DNA of 64,000 nt from Vitrella brassicaformis CCMP3155 (Eukaryota > Protista > Chromerida): assembly GCA_001179505.1 (NCBI GenBank), contig CDMY01000718.1, positions 223,383 to 287,382 on the forward strand, read 5' to 3'. The position numbers and the translations under genes were made by a program. Numbering within the stretch: the first letter of the stretch is position 1; every line of letters begins with the position of its first letter. Of this stretch, positions 51,764 to 64,000 are shown piece by piece. The notes under the pieces are model-generated. The model was not told where the DNA came from, searched no databases, and worked only from the letters and a program-made list of their open reading frames with translations.

Positions 51764-53940
51764 ATGGTCGGGCCGGGCGTCTTTCGGGCTTTGCTGGGCC
51801 TTCTGTTCTGCTTCTTCTGCGCATGCCTCGCAATTCATCCATCTGTGAGGGCCGTTGACAATGCCAGCAGCGTCCGGCGTCTCGAAGAAGAGCCGGCCGA
51901 CACCATCGATGTGTACGACCTGGACGGTGCAAAAGGATTCGTCATCCGTCGCGACGGATGGACCTCAAATTTTTACCAGGAGAATTCGTTGGGCGTAGCA
52001 GACTTCGTTGGCGACGTGAACGATGACGGAATCGATGACATTCTCATCGCGGACCACAAGAGAACGCCAGACAACGTCTACCTAATCTTCGGGCGACAAG
52101 GGGACAAGCCGTTTGGCTCGCCGGAATACACGCTGGGATCGTAAGTGGACGCAAGAAGCTAACTGCAAACGATGTGTCTGTCTTTTCTTTGATTGTCAGC
52201 GACGGTGTCCGTTTCTTCGATTCTCATTCCCCTGTTGATGCCAGCGTAGGATCGAGCGTTAAAGGGCTGGGCGACTTCAACGGTATAGCCCAGCCCAGCC
52301 CTGCATTCATGTACGCATTTCTGACTGCATGCAGGCGATGGGGTGCCTGATTTTGCCATCAGCGGAGGCTGGACGCACAGTAAGAGTGAAAGAACATGAG
52401 TCCGCAGCAATCGTTCTGACCGCTTTCTTTGATCAGCCACTCCCCGATGGCAATGCTATATTGTCTTTGGCGACCCAACATGGCAAGCAAGTGCGGCGCC
52501 AGCGGTCGATTTCGATCTGGCCTCGATGGACGGCACGAATGGCTTTCGGATTCGCTATAACCACCCCGAGTCGGACTTTTATTACTGTCAGCCGAGTCAA
52601 GGGTAAGAGAAGAAAGCCAAGCTTCCAGCATCACTTTTACCTGTCGCCTCCCCATCCAGAGGCGACGTTGACGGTGATGGCTATAACGATGTCGTGCTGG
52701 GAGGGTACCAAATAAATGCAGTCGTCCTTTACGGTAGGAGACATGAGACACCATGATAGTATCAGACCGTCCATTGGTTCTATTTCTGAATATGCAGGCG
52801 GACCAATGCCGTATCTGCCGGTCGGCTTTGGTGGCATCCTGGACTTGTACTCGACTGACAGCCAAGTGCCCCATTTTGATGTGATCTGCTCCGCCTTGGA
52901 TCTCGAAGGGGCCGGCAGCTCAGATGCCAGACACACGATAAGACGTCCTGACTCGCGTGGATGGCCATCGGACGACCTCGTATTCGGCTGGCCGATTGGG
53001 GACATTGGTAGGACCGGTAGGAGCGAGATACTCATTTGGGAGAAAACAGAGAGGGAAATCTTGTTTGAGAATAACGAATATGATAAGCAAAACTGGAGGC
53101 TCTCATACAAGGACTTCTCCAAATACATCAACGAGAGCGATGTCAAATGTGCGGACCTGAACAAGGTTGCTTCGGCAAAAGAAGAAACCTCTGAGAGTGT
53201 CTACGATCGCGATGACAAGCAAGACATTCGCGTCGGGTCCATCAGTGATGTCACAGGTAGAACAAGCGCATACACAGAGGACATCTACATCCAGCCGATT
53301 GGTGACGTCACAGGCGACGGAGTGACAGACTTCAGCTATATGTGGTACATCTACTGGAGCGACACTGAGACATTTGGGACGGAGATTGAATTCGAAACGA
53401 AAGTCGAACCTAGATTTAGGGAACAGATGAGCATCATCGATGCCGGCGACTTCAACGGCGATACCAAGCCTGACCTCTTGGTGTCTGCTTCGTTCCATGA
53501 CAATTACAAAGGAAGAGCCTACATAATCTACGGACGCAATGGCAATCAGCTGGGGGAGACGTCCGATCCAGAGGCAATGAATATCTCTCAGGGAGTCAAA
53601 ATTGAGGACACAGTGTCACAACCACCTTTACACTCTTTTCTCGGCCGGCAAATCGGTCGGGGAGATTTCAACGGTCAGCAAGAGGAGACCAACGTCATTA
53701 AGCTAGACCAACGTCATTAAGCTACTACCGTGAATTCATCGCTTTCTTTGTGTGGCTGCAGGTGATGGTGTCTCTGACATCATCATCTCTACAAATTCCA
53801 TCCAAAACAAGTTCATGTCGGATATCGGCAATCTAGAAGCAGGCGCATACGTCGTCTTCGGCTGCTGTTTCTCAGCGGCAAAGCCCCCCAGCATCCCTCA
53901 GCAGGTGGGCAGCTCCACTGAGGATGTCGGCACCAGCTAG
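51764..53940 (+). CDS. Secreted FG-GAP-repeat (integrin-alpha-like beta-propeller) protein
   Basis: Signal peptide and repeated Ca-binding motifs GDVNDDGIDD, GDFNG|DGVPD, GDVDGDGYND, GDVTGDGVTD, GDFNGDTKPD, GDFNG|DGVSD, with YLIFG/YIIYG and LDGAKGF/MDGTNGF. Confidence 0.88.
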
Positions 53941-55708
53941 GAGCCCACTGCCCCTGACGGACTCAGCACCATCAGTCAGGAGCCCGCCACCAGCACAGGT
54001 GGGTACAGCCAACAGTGCATGAGCACACTCACCAGTGACACGCTCCGTAATGACCTGTCCCTGTCACACACAGGGGAGCCCCCTGCCGGGGACGACGGCA
54101 GCAGTGCATTCAGGTGCGAACACCAGCTACCGTTGCCGACGGATACACAGGTGTCTCCTTGTGTCTTCGTGTCCTGCCGTGTTGACTGCGTCTATGCAGC
54201 GACGGTCCCCTCCATCTGCTGCTTCTGGCACTGACCGTTCTCACACTCACTCAGTGAGTGCCGGTATCGGCGAAAAGGCCAGCCGAACATTGCAGCGCTG
54301 TGGCGTGCCTTTGTAGTTTTTCAAGTCGTCCCTGTCTGGATGCCCGTGTTGAAACGGGCTGCATGCTGCATTTCATTTAGCACAGCAGCGTCTGACTGAT
54401 CGACAGTGCTGATCGGTTACCGATCTCTGTCTGCATTTCTCTGTCTGAACCGTTGGAAACCCTCTCGGGTTCAGGGCTGCACGTCAGATGAAGGCATGCA
54501 GCGTGCCTGACAATGCAAGTTCCTCCCTTCGTCGGGCTGCCGGGACTCAAGCCACAACGGAACCGAAGGGATTGCTAGCTTGGCCCCAATCGAAACGCCA
54601 AAGCTCGCGAGTCGAATGGCTGTATGCTGCGTGTATGCCGAGCGGACATCAGTTCAGTGCCATGGGACGGCGGCGGACAGAGAGAAAAAAAGTCCTACCC
54701 CCATCAGACGGTCAGGCGGCCGATTTGGTGCCGTGGAAGTACAGTGAGTGACGTGGGTGGGTGCAGGTACCGTCTTCATTCAATTAGAGGCATGTTTGTG
54801 GTACCAACACACGCACATACTCAAGACGTCCACACTCAGATGTATCCATGTACACAGCCGCCACACAGCATCCACCCACATATACTCGCACAACACAGTC
54901 GAGAGACAGACAGACATGTAGACTGATTGACAGCTGCACCCATCCCCACCATCCCCCCGCACACACACACGTGTGGACGCGTGGCGCGCGCGCCTACATG
55001 ATAATAATCCAGACACACACCCGTCTGTGAGAGTGTGCGTGTTGGCACAAAAAGAAGAGTCCGACTCTCAGTCACATCTGTCATATCCGTCACTCCCGCC
55101 CCCCCTCCCCCTCCCCACCGCAATATATTAGATACGAGATGAAGAAATACGCACGCTTACACAGACAGCCACAGCCGCAGCCACACGATTGCTCGGTCGT
55201 TCATCCCTGCCTCCCACGCGAGAGAGAGCGCCACACACGGGGTGGGGTTGTCGGGCCGTTCATTCATCCAGAGAGAGACTTTACAAAAGACCCACCGGCC
55301 GTTCATTCATTCATTCATCCATCCATCCATCCACTGCTTACCGAGAGAGAGAGACACACGATGGCCGACCAAAAAAGCCCTAGCTACCAGTTACCAAAGA
55401 GCCACAGACGGAGAGAGGACGATGCACATATGTGATTTGACCGAATGAATGGCTGACCGACCACCACCCAACAAGCGAGCCCCGTGGCATGCAACCGATC
55501 CCAATCAGGCGCCCTTCATCCATGTGACTAATTCCATTGGTACACATTGATAACACCACACAGCAGATTGGATAAAGCCCACACACCCCTCCCGGCCCCC
55601 TCCCTGCCCTCCCTTGTGACAAAATCGCATGAACAGGCAAGCCCCGCCAGGCCAGGCCGTCCATGCATCACTGACACCCACCCCTCCCTCTCTCCAACCA
55701 TCATTCGC

Positions 55709-57639
55709 TCATGCCGCGGCTCTCCGCCGTATCCCCGCCATAGCGCCCTCTTCCTCCGCCCCGCCACTGGTGTGGTGCTCATTGTTCTCGCTGTTGCTGG
55801 TGCCGTTGCTGACTTGGCTGGCGGTCTCGCCCTTGTCGGCCAGGGAGGATGCCAGCTCGTGCAAGGGGTGGACGGGAGCAGGGAGGGGAGGGGGCGGCAC
55901 ACGCAACTCGCCAGGATCCATCAGCAACAGCGCATCTGAAACACACACACACACACGCACACACACAAGGAGAGCGTCAGCAGTGCCTCCATGTGTTTCT
56001 TGCCCGTCTCCCCCTCTGCATCAGAGCTCACCAGAGGTGTTTGGCGGGCGCCTCATGTGTGTGCAGCAACGGAAAGGGTTGAGCTGCCACTCCGCCTCAC
56101 TCGTCGCAGCCACCCTGCTGCTGCTGCTGCCGCCAACTGCTACCCTCTTGCTGTTGGCGGCTGAAGGAATGGGGGTCTCGAGCAGCGGTGCGTTGGCCCT
56201 CTCCCTCTCCCTGGCCTCCCTCTCGGCTATGGCGCGGTTATCCGACGGGCAGGACGACGGCCGCGTGCTGCGGGCGGGGTTGCCGTCACGCTCACTCGCC
56301 ACTATGTCACGCAGATCGATCCCCTGCACACAAGTGAAATGGTAACACTGATCCATTTGCTGGCCTTGCCTTTCTCCCTCTCGCTTTCACTCACAGTAAG
56401 GTTCCAGAAGCGCTTCAGATACTCCTCCCTCTCCTTGGGCCCGTTGACCACCAGCTGCCCCCCCTCGGCGCCGCCGTCGCTGGCCTGCCCCTCCTTGTTC
56501 CGCCTGGCCATAACCTTCCTGTGGTAGTGCACCTCATAATGCGGGTCGTCGGTGCTGTCGATGTCGGACGCCGCACCACCCAGGCCCATTAGCGGGTCGT
56601 CGAGCGAGTGGTAGTGCGTGGCGCCGGTCTCGCCATTGCTGGAGGGGGAGGGCGTGGCCAGGGGGGGCAGCGGATTGGGGGAGGGGGGGTGGGGATGGGG
56701 CGCTGCTTTTCATCATGGCACAGACACACAGACAGACATGGCAGAGGCAGCGAGCAAGGACGATGATTGTGGGAAGGAGGGTGGGCATGGCTGTGCGTGG
56801 GAGTGTGTGTACCTCCTGATGGCGAGTCGCCCAGCGATGGGCTGCTGTCGGTGAGGCTCGGGTCAAGGACCGTGTGCAGCGGCGCTGACTGGACCTCGCC
56901 ATTCAAAATCGACAGAATGCCCGACTCTGAGAAGGACAAACCAACACAGAGGGGATACCAACAGATGCATGAAACACAGAGATGGTCCTTTGGATGCCAG
57001 GCAGCCTCACCTGTGGTTGCTCGTCTTGGTTTCCGGGCGATAGGGTTTCCGAATTGCCTGATAGAGGGAGGAGCATCCAACCGCAACACAGCAAATGAAG
57101 GCGGCCACGTCCTCTCTATCCGTTCCCTCCTCTGGTGTCCCTGCTCACGGTGTGGCTTTGGACGAGATGCCTGGCGACAACAAAAATAGCTTCTCAGGGC
57201 TCCTTTCGGGCCGACTCATCATCCGCGTCGGACCGCCGAGAGAGAAGACCGAGTCGGTGGAGGTGGTGTCCTGGTGGCCGAACAGCTTGGCCGGCGCCGT
57301 CTCGCCCCCCCTGGCCTCCACGCAGTAGGTGTTTGGCGTCACCTTGATCGAGTGCTGGTCGGAGAACGAGACGCTCCGCTGCAGCGCGGGGCCCTCGGTC
57401 TCGTCGATGGCCGCCAGGTCGCCCCTCGCCAACTGCTGGTGGTCGCCCGTCTGTGCCGCCGCGTGTAGCTCCTCCGTGGTGGTCATGACCTCCACGGTGT
57501 GCTGATGTGCGTGGTAGTACATGCCCGCCATCTGTGTCGGGACGAAGGTCTTGGCGTGGGAGGTGTCGCCGTCCTCGACGAGCGGCCGGTGGGGGGGTTG
57601 GGCGCTCAGGTCCTTCGGACGCGAGCACGACTGGCCCAT
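55709..57639 (-). CDS. Low-complexity hypothetical protein with a predicted N-myristoylation/palmitoylation motif
   Basis: Start MGQSCS (Gly2, Cys5, Ser6). Several GT-AG exons of disordered sequence. Confidence 0.55.
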
Positions 57640-57953
57640 TTTGGTGGCGACCAAGGTGATGCAGCTGCAGCGCCGCAGCCGAAGATCACGGTCCCTCGCA
57701 GCGCCTGGCGCCTGACCGCGGCTCTCAATACCTCATCTCTTGGACGCCAAGCTACTGCGAGCTTAAAAAGGTTGTGTTGGCCGTGAAACACAACACAAAA
57801 GGCAATCGAATTTCCCATCGCAGAACGCGGGAGAAGGTGCCACACGCACCACCTGCAGTCGCTCAATCGCTCAGGTGCTCGCAGCCTGAAGAACCGCCCT
57901 TCGAGGGAAGTGGATGCCCTCGGCGGCGCGCTGCTTGTTTTCCTCCGACAGCA

Positions 57954-60420
57954 ATGGGGTGAGCACCACACCACACGATGAGACCACATGTGAAGCATAC
58001 ACACTCTCTGATCTGCCTGGCTGTTGTGCTTTTGCGTGTTGCAGGTCCGAGGATGGTAGCGACCGTCCTGCAGGATTCAGGCTCATCCACAGAAGCGGCA
58101 GGCCTCCCGCACGCCAGCAGTCACCGGTAAACCAATTCCTCCCCGCACATGACGTAACCATCCATCCCGACAAGATTCTGTCATGTGTGCTGCTGTCAGG
58201 CTTCCAAGCGTCTGTCTGTTGAAGAGCTCTCGCGCGTGTTTGGCCACCTGCATCCGTGGGAGCTGACGCGGCTGCGGCCCGCCATCAGCTCATCGCTCGT
58301 CCGCACGTCGGCCGGCCTTTACAGCCACTTAGCGCTGGACTGCTCCAATGACGAGACCGCCCCGTTCTGGGTGACGATGCCCTTGAAGTTGGCGCACAGA
58401 TGGGGCGAGCGGGCCGTCAACCTGCGCACCATCACCCTCCGGCAACCCCGAAACATGAACCTGTGGTGCAACGTGACGATAGAGACCCTCGTGGAGGGGC
58501 ATGCTCGTGGGAGGGCGGCCATGATCGACAGAGAGCGGCGTAGGGCGAGCGAGGAAGGCGGGTTGGCGCAGCAGCCGGTGCAGACACAGCCGGAGGGGTC
58601 GCTGGAGCACATCATCTTCGATACGGACCCCGGCATGTCATGGTGCGACGCCCTCGAGCGAGGCATCCAGTCATGCGCCCTCTGTCACGACCCCCCCGGC
58701 GCCCCTGCCAGCCCCGTCACGGGCATCTGTCGAGATCTGCCCATGACCGAGGAGGGTGGTGGGGAGAGCGCCGCCGCGAGCCTCAGCCTGTCCCGTGATG
58801 CGTTGGCACCCACCACGCTCCACGGGCTCAAGTCGGTCAAGGGCGTCAAGGGCATCGATGACCTGAGCTGGGGCCGCAGCACCTCGCTGAGCTATCGACG
58901 ATGGCAGATGCCGCAGCTGCACGAGGTGGAGCTGCTGCACGACCCTTGGCGCGAGTCGGGGTTCCTGTGGTCGTCACGGTGTCTGCGGAAGATCACTGCC
59001 GAGGGAGGCATGTGGGCCAGCAGTTTTAGGGAGGCGAAGGATGGCACGCTGGCGCATCTGGAGGGCGTCGTGGGGATCTGCCTGCCGGACAAACCTGCCG
59101 ATGTGCTTCAGCTAAAGGTGCGTGGGGCCGGGAACCAGAGAGAGGGGACTTCACGTGAAACACATACATACGGGTACTTGGCGTCTTTGTGTTGCTTCTC
59201 AGGCCGATCTTGTGCGTGGCGGTTGTCGGTCGCTCAAGCGTCTGCAGTTCCGCAAGCAGCCGCCGCGCCCAGACGAACCTGACGACTTCAACTTCTACAC
59301 GGCCATCCCGGTCCTGCGGGAGATAGACAACCTCCGGTCGCAGCTCCCCCACTGCAAGGTGATGGCGCCTGGCGCAGACATCGACCTGGATGTTCCTGCG
59401 GCGCGCCATGTGGCCTTTCTCTGCCCTCCCCACGACATCTCACTCCCTGCCCCTGACACCCTCCCGGCATCCGTCAAGACCATGGCCCGGCAGCTCGCCG
59501 GGGCGATACAGACTGTCGCGTGGGACCCTGGGTGGAGCGAAGAGCACAACAACGCCGCGCCCACCGCACAGCACGTCACCGGCGACCCGGCGGCCTGGCG
59601 TGCGACCCGCGTCCACTCGTTTCCAAACGCCAAGCAGCTGTGCATTGACTCGCGGGACGACTACAGCCCGGCCGATCATCCGCCCGACCATCCTGTGTGG
59701 TCGTCGCTGCACCTGCTGCCGGATCTTCCCTCCAAACATGAAGCTGAAGGTTTCGACGTTTCGGGGAGGGAGTCTGGCTGTCGAGGCGGTCCACAAGTTG
59801 TCGGCAGCCGGGCAGCTCGCCGGAAAGCTCAAGTCGGTCTGTGTCGGTGGCCCGGCGAGCTTCCACGGCCTTGATGTGCTTGGCGTGTTGGAGGGTATAG
59901 GGAGGGGGGCACTGCTGGAGGAGGTAGAGGTGCGGATGTGCTACGAGACGGACGGCATTAGGCTGGGCGAGGTGGCAGAGAGGATACTGGCCATCCAAGG
60001 GCTCAAAATCACCATCAGCCATCTGTCTGCTGGTGAGACCGAGAGGAGCCACCAACAGAACCGCGATCCATTCACTGCGTTGTGTGTGGTCAGCGCCTGC
60101 CAGTGCTGATGTTCCGGTCTGCCACTGCACGATGGCGACCCTGGCGTCGTCCCTGCGGGTCCGCGGCTTGCAGAGGCTCCAGATCATCGCAGAATGGCTC
60201 GACCCAGAGGCAGCCGAGGAGCTGGTGGCGGAGCTGTCTGTGCAGGATGGCACCATGCCCGGATTCAGTGTCGAGTGGCAGCAGAGTGACCAGCCCCGCA
60301 ATAAGCAGCACAGACAGGTGACGGTCACAGCCGAACGCCTTGCTGCGGCCGCCGCACGCCCATCCAGCGCCATCCCTCCCCAGGCCGCCACCCCGCCCCT
60401 TTTCCCGACACACTCACACG
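57954..60420 (+). CDS. Lineage-expanded F-box-like/LRR-like protein; frameshift at ~59721
   Basis: Exons 57954-57958, ~58045-58126, 58200-59117 ([22 protein letters not shown]...[13 protein letters not shown]...[11 protein letters not shown]), 59203-60032, 60094 onward. The protein-like frame switches at CCG-G-ATC with no intron. Confidence 0.6.
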
Positions 60421-60519
60421 CCGCAGCGGCCACTGCTCATGGCGGGCTCGACAAGCTGGACCACTCAGCATCCGCTGCTGCCTACCAGCCCGACGGTGCA
60501 GCAGCGGCCAGTAGCGGTG

Positions 60520-61603
60520 GGATGGTCAAGCTCACGACCGGATGCGCCGCATTTGACAATCTCACCGATGGAGGCATAGAGACTGGTACGTGGGGGGCTG
60601 GACGGACTGGTGCACAGGGAAGGAACAGCACGCACAGACGGATGGATGGATGGATGGATGGATGTCGCGTCTGTGTAGGTGTGTTGACGGAGGTGTTTGG
60701 TGAGTTCGGTTCGGGCGTGGGGGTGTTGTGCCACACGTTGGCGGTGACGGCTCAGCTGCCGGTCGATCAGGGTGGGGCCGAGGGCAAGAAGGTGGCGTGG
60801 ATTGCCCTCGGCCCTCATCCGATCTTGCCAGGGCTCATCAGGAAGATAGCGGAACGTTTCGGTGAGTGTGGCCCACACACGGGGCGGCATCCCTCCATGG
60901 GCGCGTTCTGTGTGTAGGTTTGGACGCTAAGCAGGTGCTGAAGAACATCAGCTACGCGCGTCCGCTCAACTCGGACCATCGCACGAAGCTGCTGGTGAAG
61001 TTGGCCTCGATGATGAGGGAGGCTCGATTCGCACTCCTCATTGTAGACTCTGCCATCTCACGCTTCCAACTCGAGAATTCAGGATATTGCCAGGTACCAC
61101 ATGGGATGCACCCACACGTCATGCGTCTCCCTCTGTGTGTCTCTTTGTGGCTGTAAGAGTGTTCAGTTGGCGGGTCAGTTGCGCCTCTGCCAGTTCCTCC
61201 GGAAGCTGCAGAAAATGGCCAAGGAGCTCAAAGTCGCTGGTCGGTCAGCGGGCAGTAAGGGAGAGAGATCAGGCAGATGATCTGTGTCATCGATGTCTGT
61301 CTGTCTGTCTCTCTGGATGGATGGATGGATGCAGTGGTGGTGACGAACCAGGTGGAGGCGGCGGTTGACCCCTTGATGTCGGCGCTCGGCGGGGAGGACA
61401 CGAAGCCCCTCGCTGGCCACATCATGGCGCACGCGTCGCACAGGCGTCTGCACTTGCGCAAGGGCAAGGGTCAGAGCCGCGTGGCCACGATCTACGACTC
61501 GCCGTCGATGGCCGACAAGGTCGAGGCACACTTCGCCATCACTGAGGCCGGCATCGCAGGCAGACGAGATCATGGACAAGGACAAGGACAAGGCACGACA
61601 TAA
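60520..61603 (+). CDS. RAD51: Divergent RAD51-like RecA core with degenerate Walker A, fused to the upstream protein
   Basis: [20 protein letters not shown]|[14 protein letters not shown]; [11 protein letters not shown]; RFALLIVDS; AVVVTNQV; [25 protein letters not shown]. Four introns. No HhH N-terminal domain. Confidence 0.85.
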
Positions 61604-62412
61604 GAAAGATGCTGGTCGAGACGATGAGTGATCCACCTCAACACACCACACCGCACCAGATACACGGACATATGGATGGGCCAAGGGAGGGGGCGCGCAG
61701 GCAGAGACGCACCGATACATACCGGTTTGCCTGTGCCGATGGATGGATGGATGGATAGTACCAGCAGTTGCTTGACCATGCTGTGTGAGAGGGCTCTTGG
61801 CGTCCACGTGCGCACAAACCAGACCACTCTCGCAAAGAGCTGACCGACGCCATGCATTGTCGGACGCCTGGCTGCCTTACTGGGTGTGTGCATTCCCGTG
61901 TGTACTTGTGTGTGTTGTGCAGCCCCTGGTTCTCGCCTCCTCTTTCGTAACTGTGCATAGTACATGAAGGAATGTGTATATGGCTTTCCTGTCGGTTCCA
62001 TCCAGTGCATCTGGTTCCATCCAGTGAGCGCGCTCACTCACCGACTTGAGTGTGGCCGGTGTGCGGACACATAGACAGACAGACAGACAGACAGTCAGAC
62101 AGACATGGCATTGCATGAGGCGATGGGTGGAGGGGTGGACTGTAGGTAGCACGGGTGGGGTGGATGGATGGATGGACGGACGGACGCAGTGGTGTACCGT
62201 TTGTGTGAGTGTACGTACAGGTCTGAAATGTGCCGAATGAGTGCCACGCATCGCAGCATCTATCGAAACATCTACCCAGCTACATCACACGCAAGCACTG
62301 GGTGTGGTTGGGATGCTCTCTCCGTGCATTTCTGTCTAGTGGCTGACACTTTTGAGACTTTTTCACCAGTCCTCATATGTACTCAGACACTTACGCAGGC
62401 GTCTTCAAGACA

Positions 62413-63850
62413 TCACAACAGGAAGTCGCATGATCTTTCTCTCCCTTTCCCAAGCGAAAAGGTCCACACCTCCAAACAATCGACCTTGACAACCTCATTG
62501 CTCACCACCTCACGGCTCTGGATGAGGTTGCGGCAATGGGTAAGGTGGCGGCAAAAGCGCATGTCATGTCCGAAAGACAGATCACCAATTGTGAGCCTCG
62601 GACAGGGGGGTGCCAGCTTCCGCCCAGCCACGGACACGAACTGCAGCTGAGTGAGCAGGTCGACTCTTGTTCGCTTGTCGAAATGGCCAGCGAGCGAGAA
62701 CGCCACCACTTTGCACTCATAGTGATGGACCACATCCAAGTAGTTGGGCTCTTGGATACCGGCGCCGACGAAGTAGCCGAACAGATAGGTGCCTTTGCGT
62801 ATGACCAGCACAATCGGCCAGACGCCTATCACTTTGGCCAGCAAATCCACAAAATAGAAGCCGTGACGTGAAGTGCTGCAACACAAACATATACACCAAC
62901 TTCTGCCTGCGATCCTTCTCCTTTTGCCTGCCTGTCAGCTTGTCTCCCTGTGTACCTGTAGACAAGTGAGATCTCTCGGCCTTTAGCAAACCACCCGATC
63001 AACTGACGGAGATCTCCAGCACTAAGCGACGAGCCCCTCAGAAAAGCCAAGCGAGGCAAAAAGGGGTTCACGGCAAGAAGGGCTATCCGGAGAGCCGAGA
63101 GAGCCGGCAAAGAGGGACCAGGTAGCTCTGTGACGGCGGGCTGCTCGCACCTCTGCATACCACAGTAGTAACATTCGATGAGATCCTGTTGTCAGCTCTC
63201 GTTATTTCTCTTTTGACCTGCGATGAGATTGACGACACTCCGTCAGCATGAAGGACTTCCACCTCATCAGCCGTGAACAACTCACTCCCACCAAAGAGAG
63301 CATCGCCGTGTTGATTTGTCGGGCCCCGATAGCTTGCAGGCACATAATGGCTCCTCATAAGCTGACGGCATCTGCGTACACACGCGCCCGACTCATTAGC
63401 AGCGAACGACAAACACCCACCGATCATCACAGCGCCATCAGAAGTCACATGCACATTCTGATCGTCTCGATTGATGTCGATCTTTGTCGGTGTCCCAGCG
63501 AGGGAGAAGTGCCACACGTCACAGCAGTATTCGTGCCAGGAACAAGCGGCAGCGACAGGGCGGGCAGGCACTTTGATGCCGTCGCTGATATAGCTGCCGA
63601 AGACGTACTGGTCTTTGCGTACGACAAACACCAGACCCTTGGCGTCGCCCACACATCGAAGCAAATCTTGAAATGACGGGCCATCGCGGGAAGCGCTGAC
63701 AGAGAGACAGAGAGAGATACTCGAAGTGAAAGACAACGGAGGGAGCGAAAACATGCAGCGGACCTGTAAAGCAACCTTGGTCTGCAGTGGCTTGCTGAGC
63801 CGAGCCACCGACAGATTTTTGGGGGAAACTGTCATTAACCGTAACACTCG
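62413..63850 (-). CDS. Tandem TLDc-domain protein (5' partial)
   Basis: LLY|SASRDGPSFQDLLRCVGDAKGLVFVVRKDQYVFGSYI...FGGSELFTADEVEVL, then a second unit HGFYFVDLLAKV...VIRKGTYLFGYFV...VDCLEVW*. Confidence 0.85.
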
Positions 63851-64000
63851 TCTGTGTGTCCGTGATACTCATACAAATACAGTCCCATCAGCATGCAGAG
63901 TCAAACAGGCTCAAGGGGAGGAGGGATCCATCCCCGCCCCATCAGCACACCCCAGTCCCGCAAACCCTCCCCTCCCTCCCCCACGCAGACAGAAGCTAGT

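Overview
GC-rich, intron-dense eukaryotic nuclear DNA. The introns are short (55-100 nt) and full of (CA)n/(TG)n/(GGAT)n repeats. Intron style, a signal+transit-peptide leader, TLDc/BTB genes and a lineage-expanded F-box-like family suggest a chromerid alveolate such as Vitrella (inference, not verified). I assembled about 22 spliced genes by hand from GT/GC-AG sites and reading-frame continuity, so boundaries are predictions. Housekeeping genes include KIF-binding protein, proteasome RPT1/PSMC2, an LPCAT-type acyltransferase, a class-2 DYRK kinase and a cNMP-gated K+ channel. The standout is 1.4-19.3 kb, where a Gig2/PARP-like H-Y-E ADP-ribosyltransferase (writer) is paired with a PARG (eraser) twice. 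All four genes carry the same unusual Cys/His zinc finger. Pair 1 is intact, and in-frame splice sites could join CENP-B-type HTH domains, PARG and the transferase into one polypeptide. Pair 2 is head-to-head, and each partner carries one disabling lesion (in-frame TAG; +1 frameshift), as expected of a decaying toxin/antidote-like module. Also notable: a Walker-A-dead RAD51 core fused to an F-box-like protein, four GC-AG introns in the DYRK gene, a channel with a CCHC knuckle, and two hairpins with 43-nt spacers. No rRNA, tRNA, CRISPR array or intact transposon was recognised.
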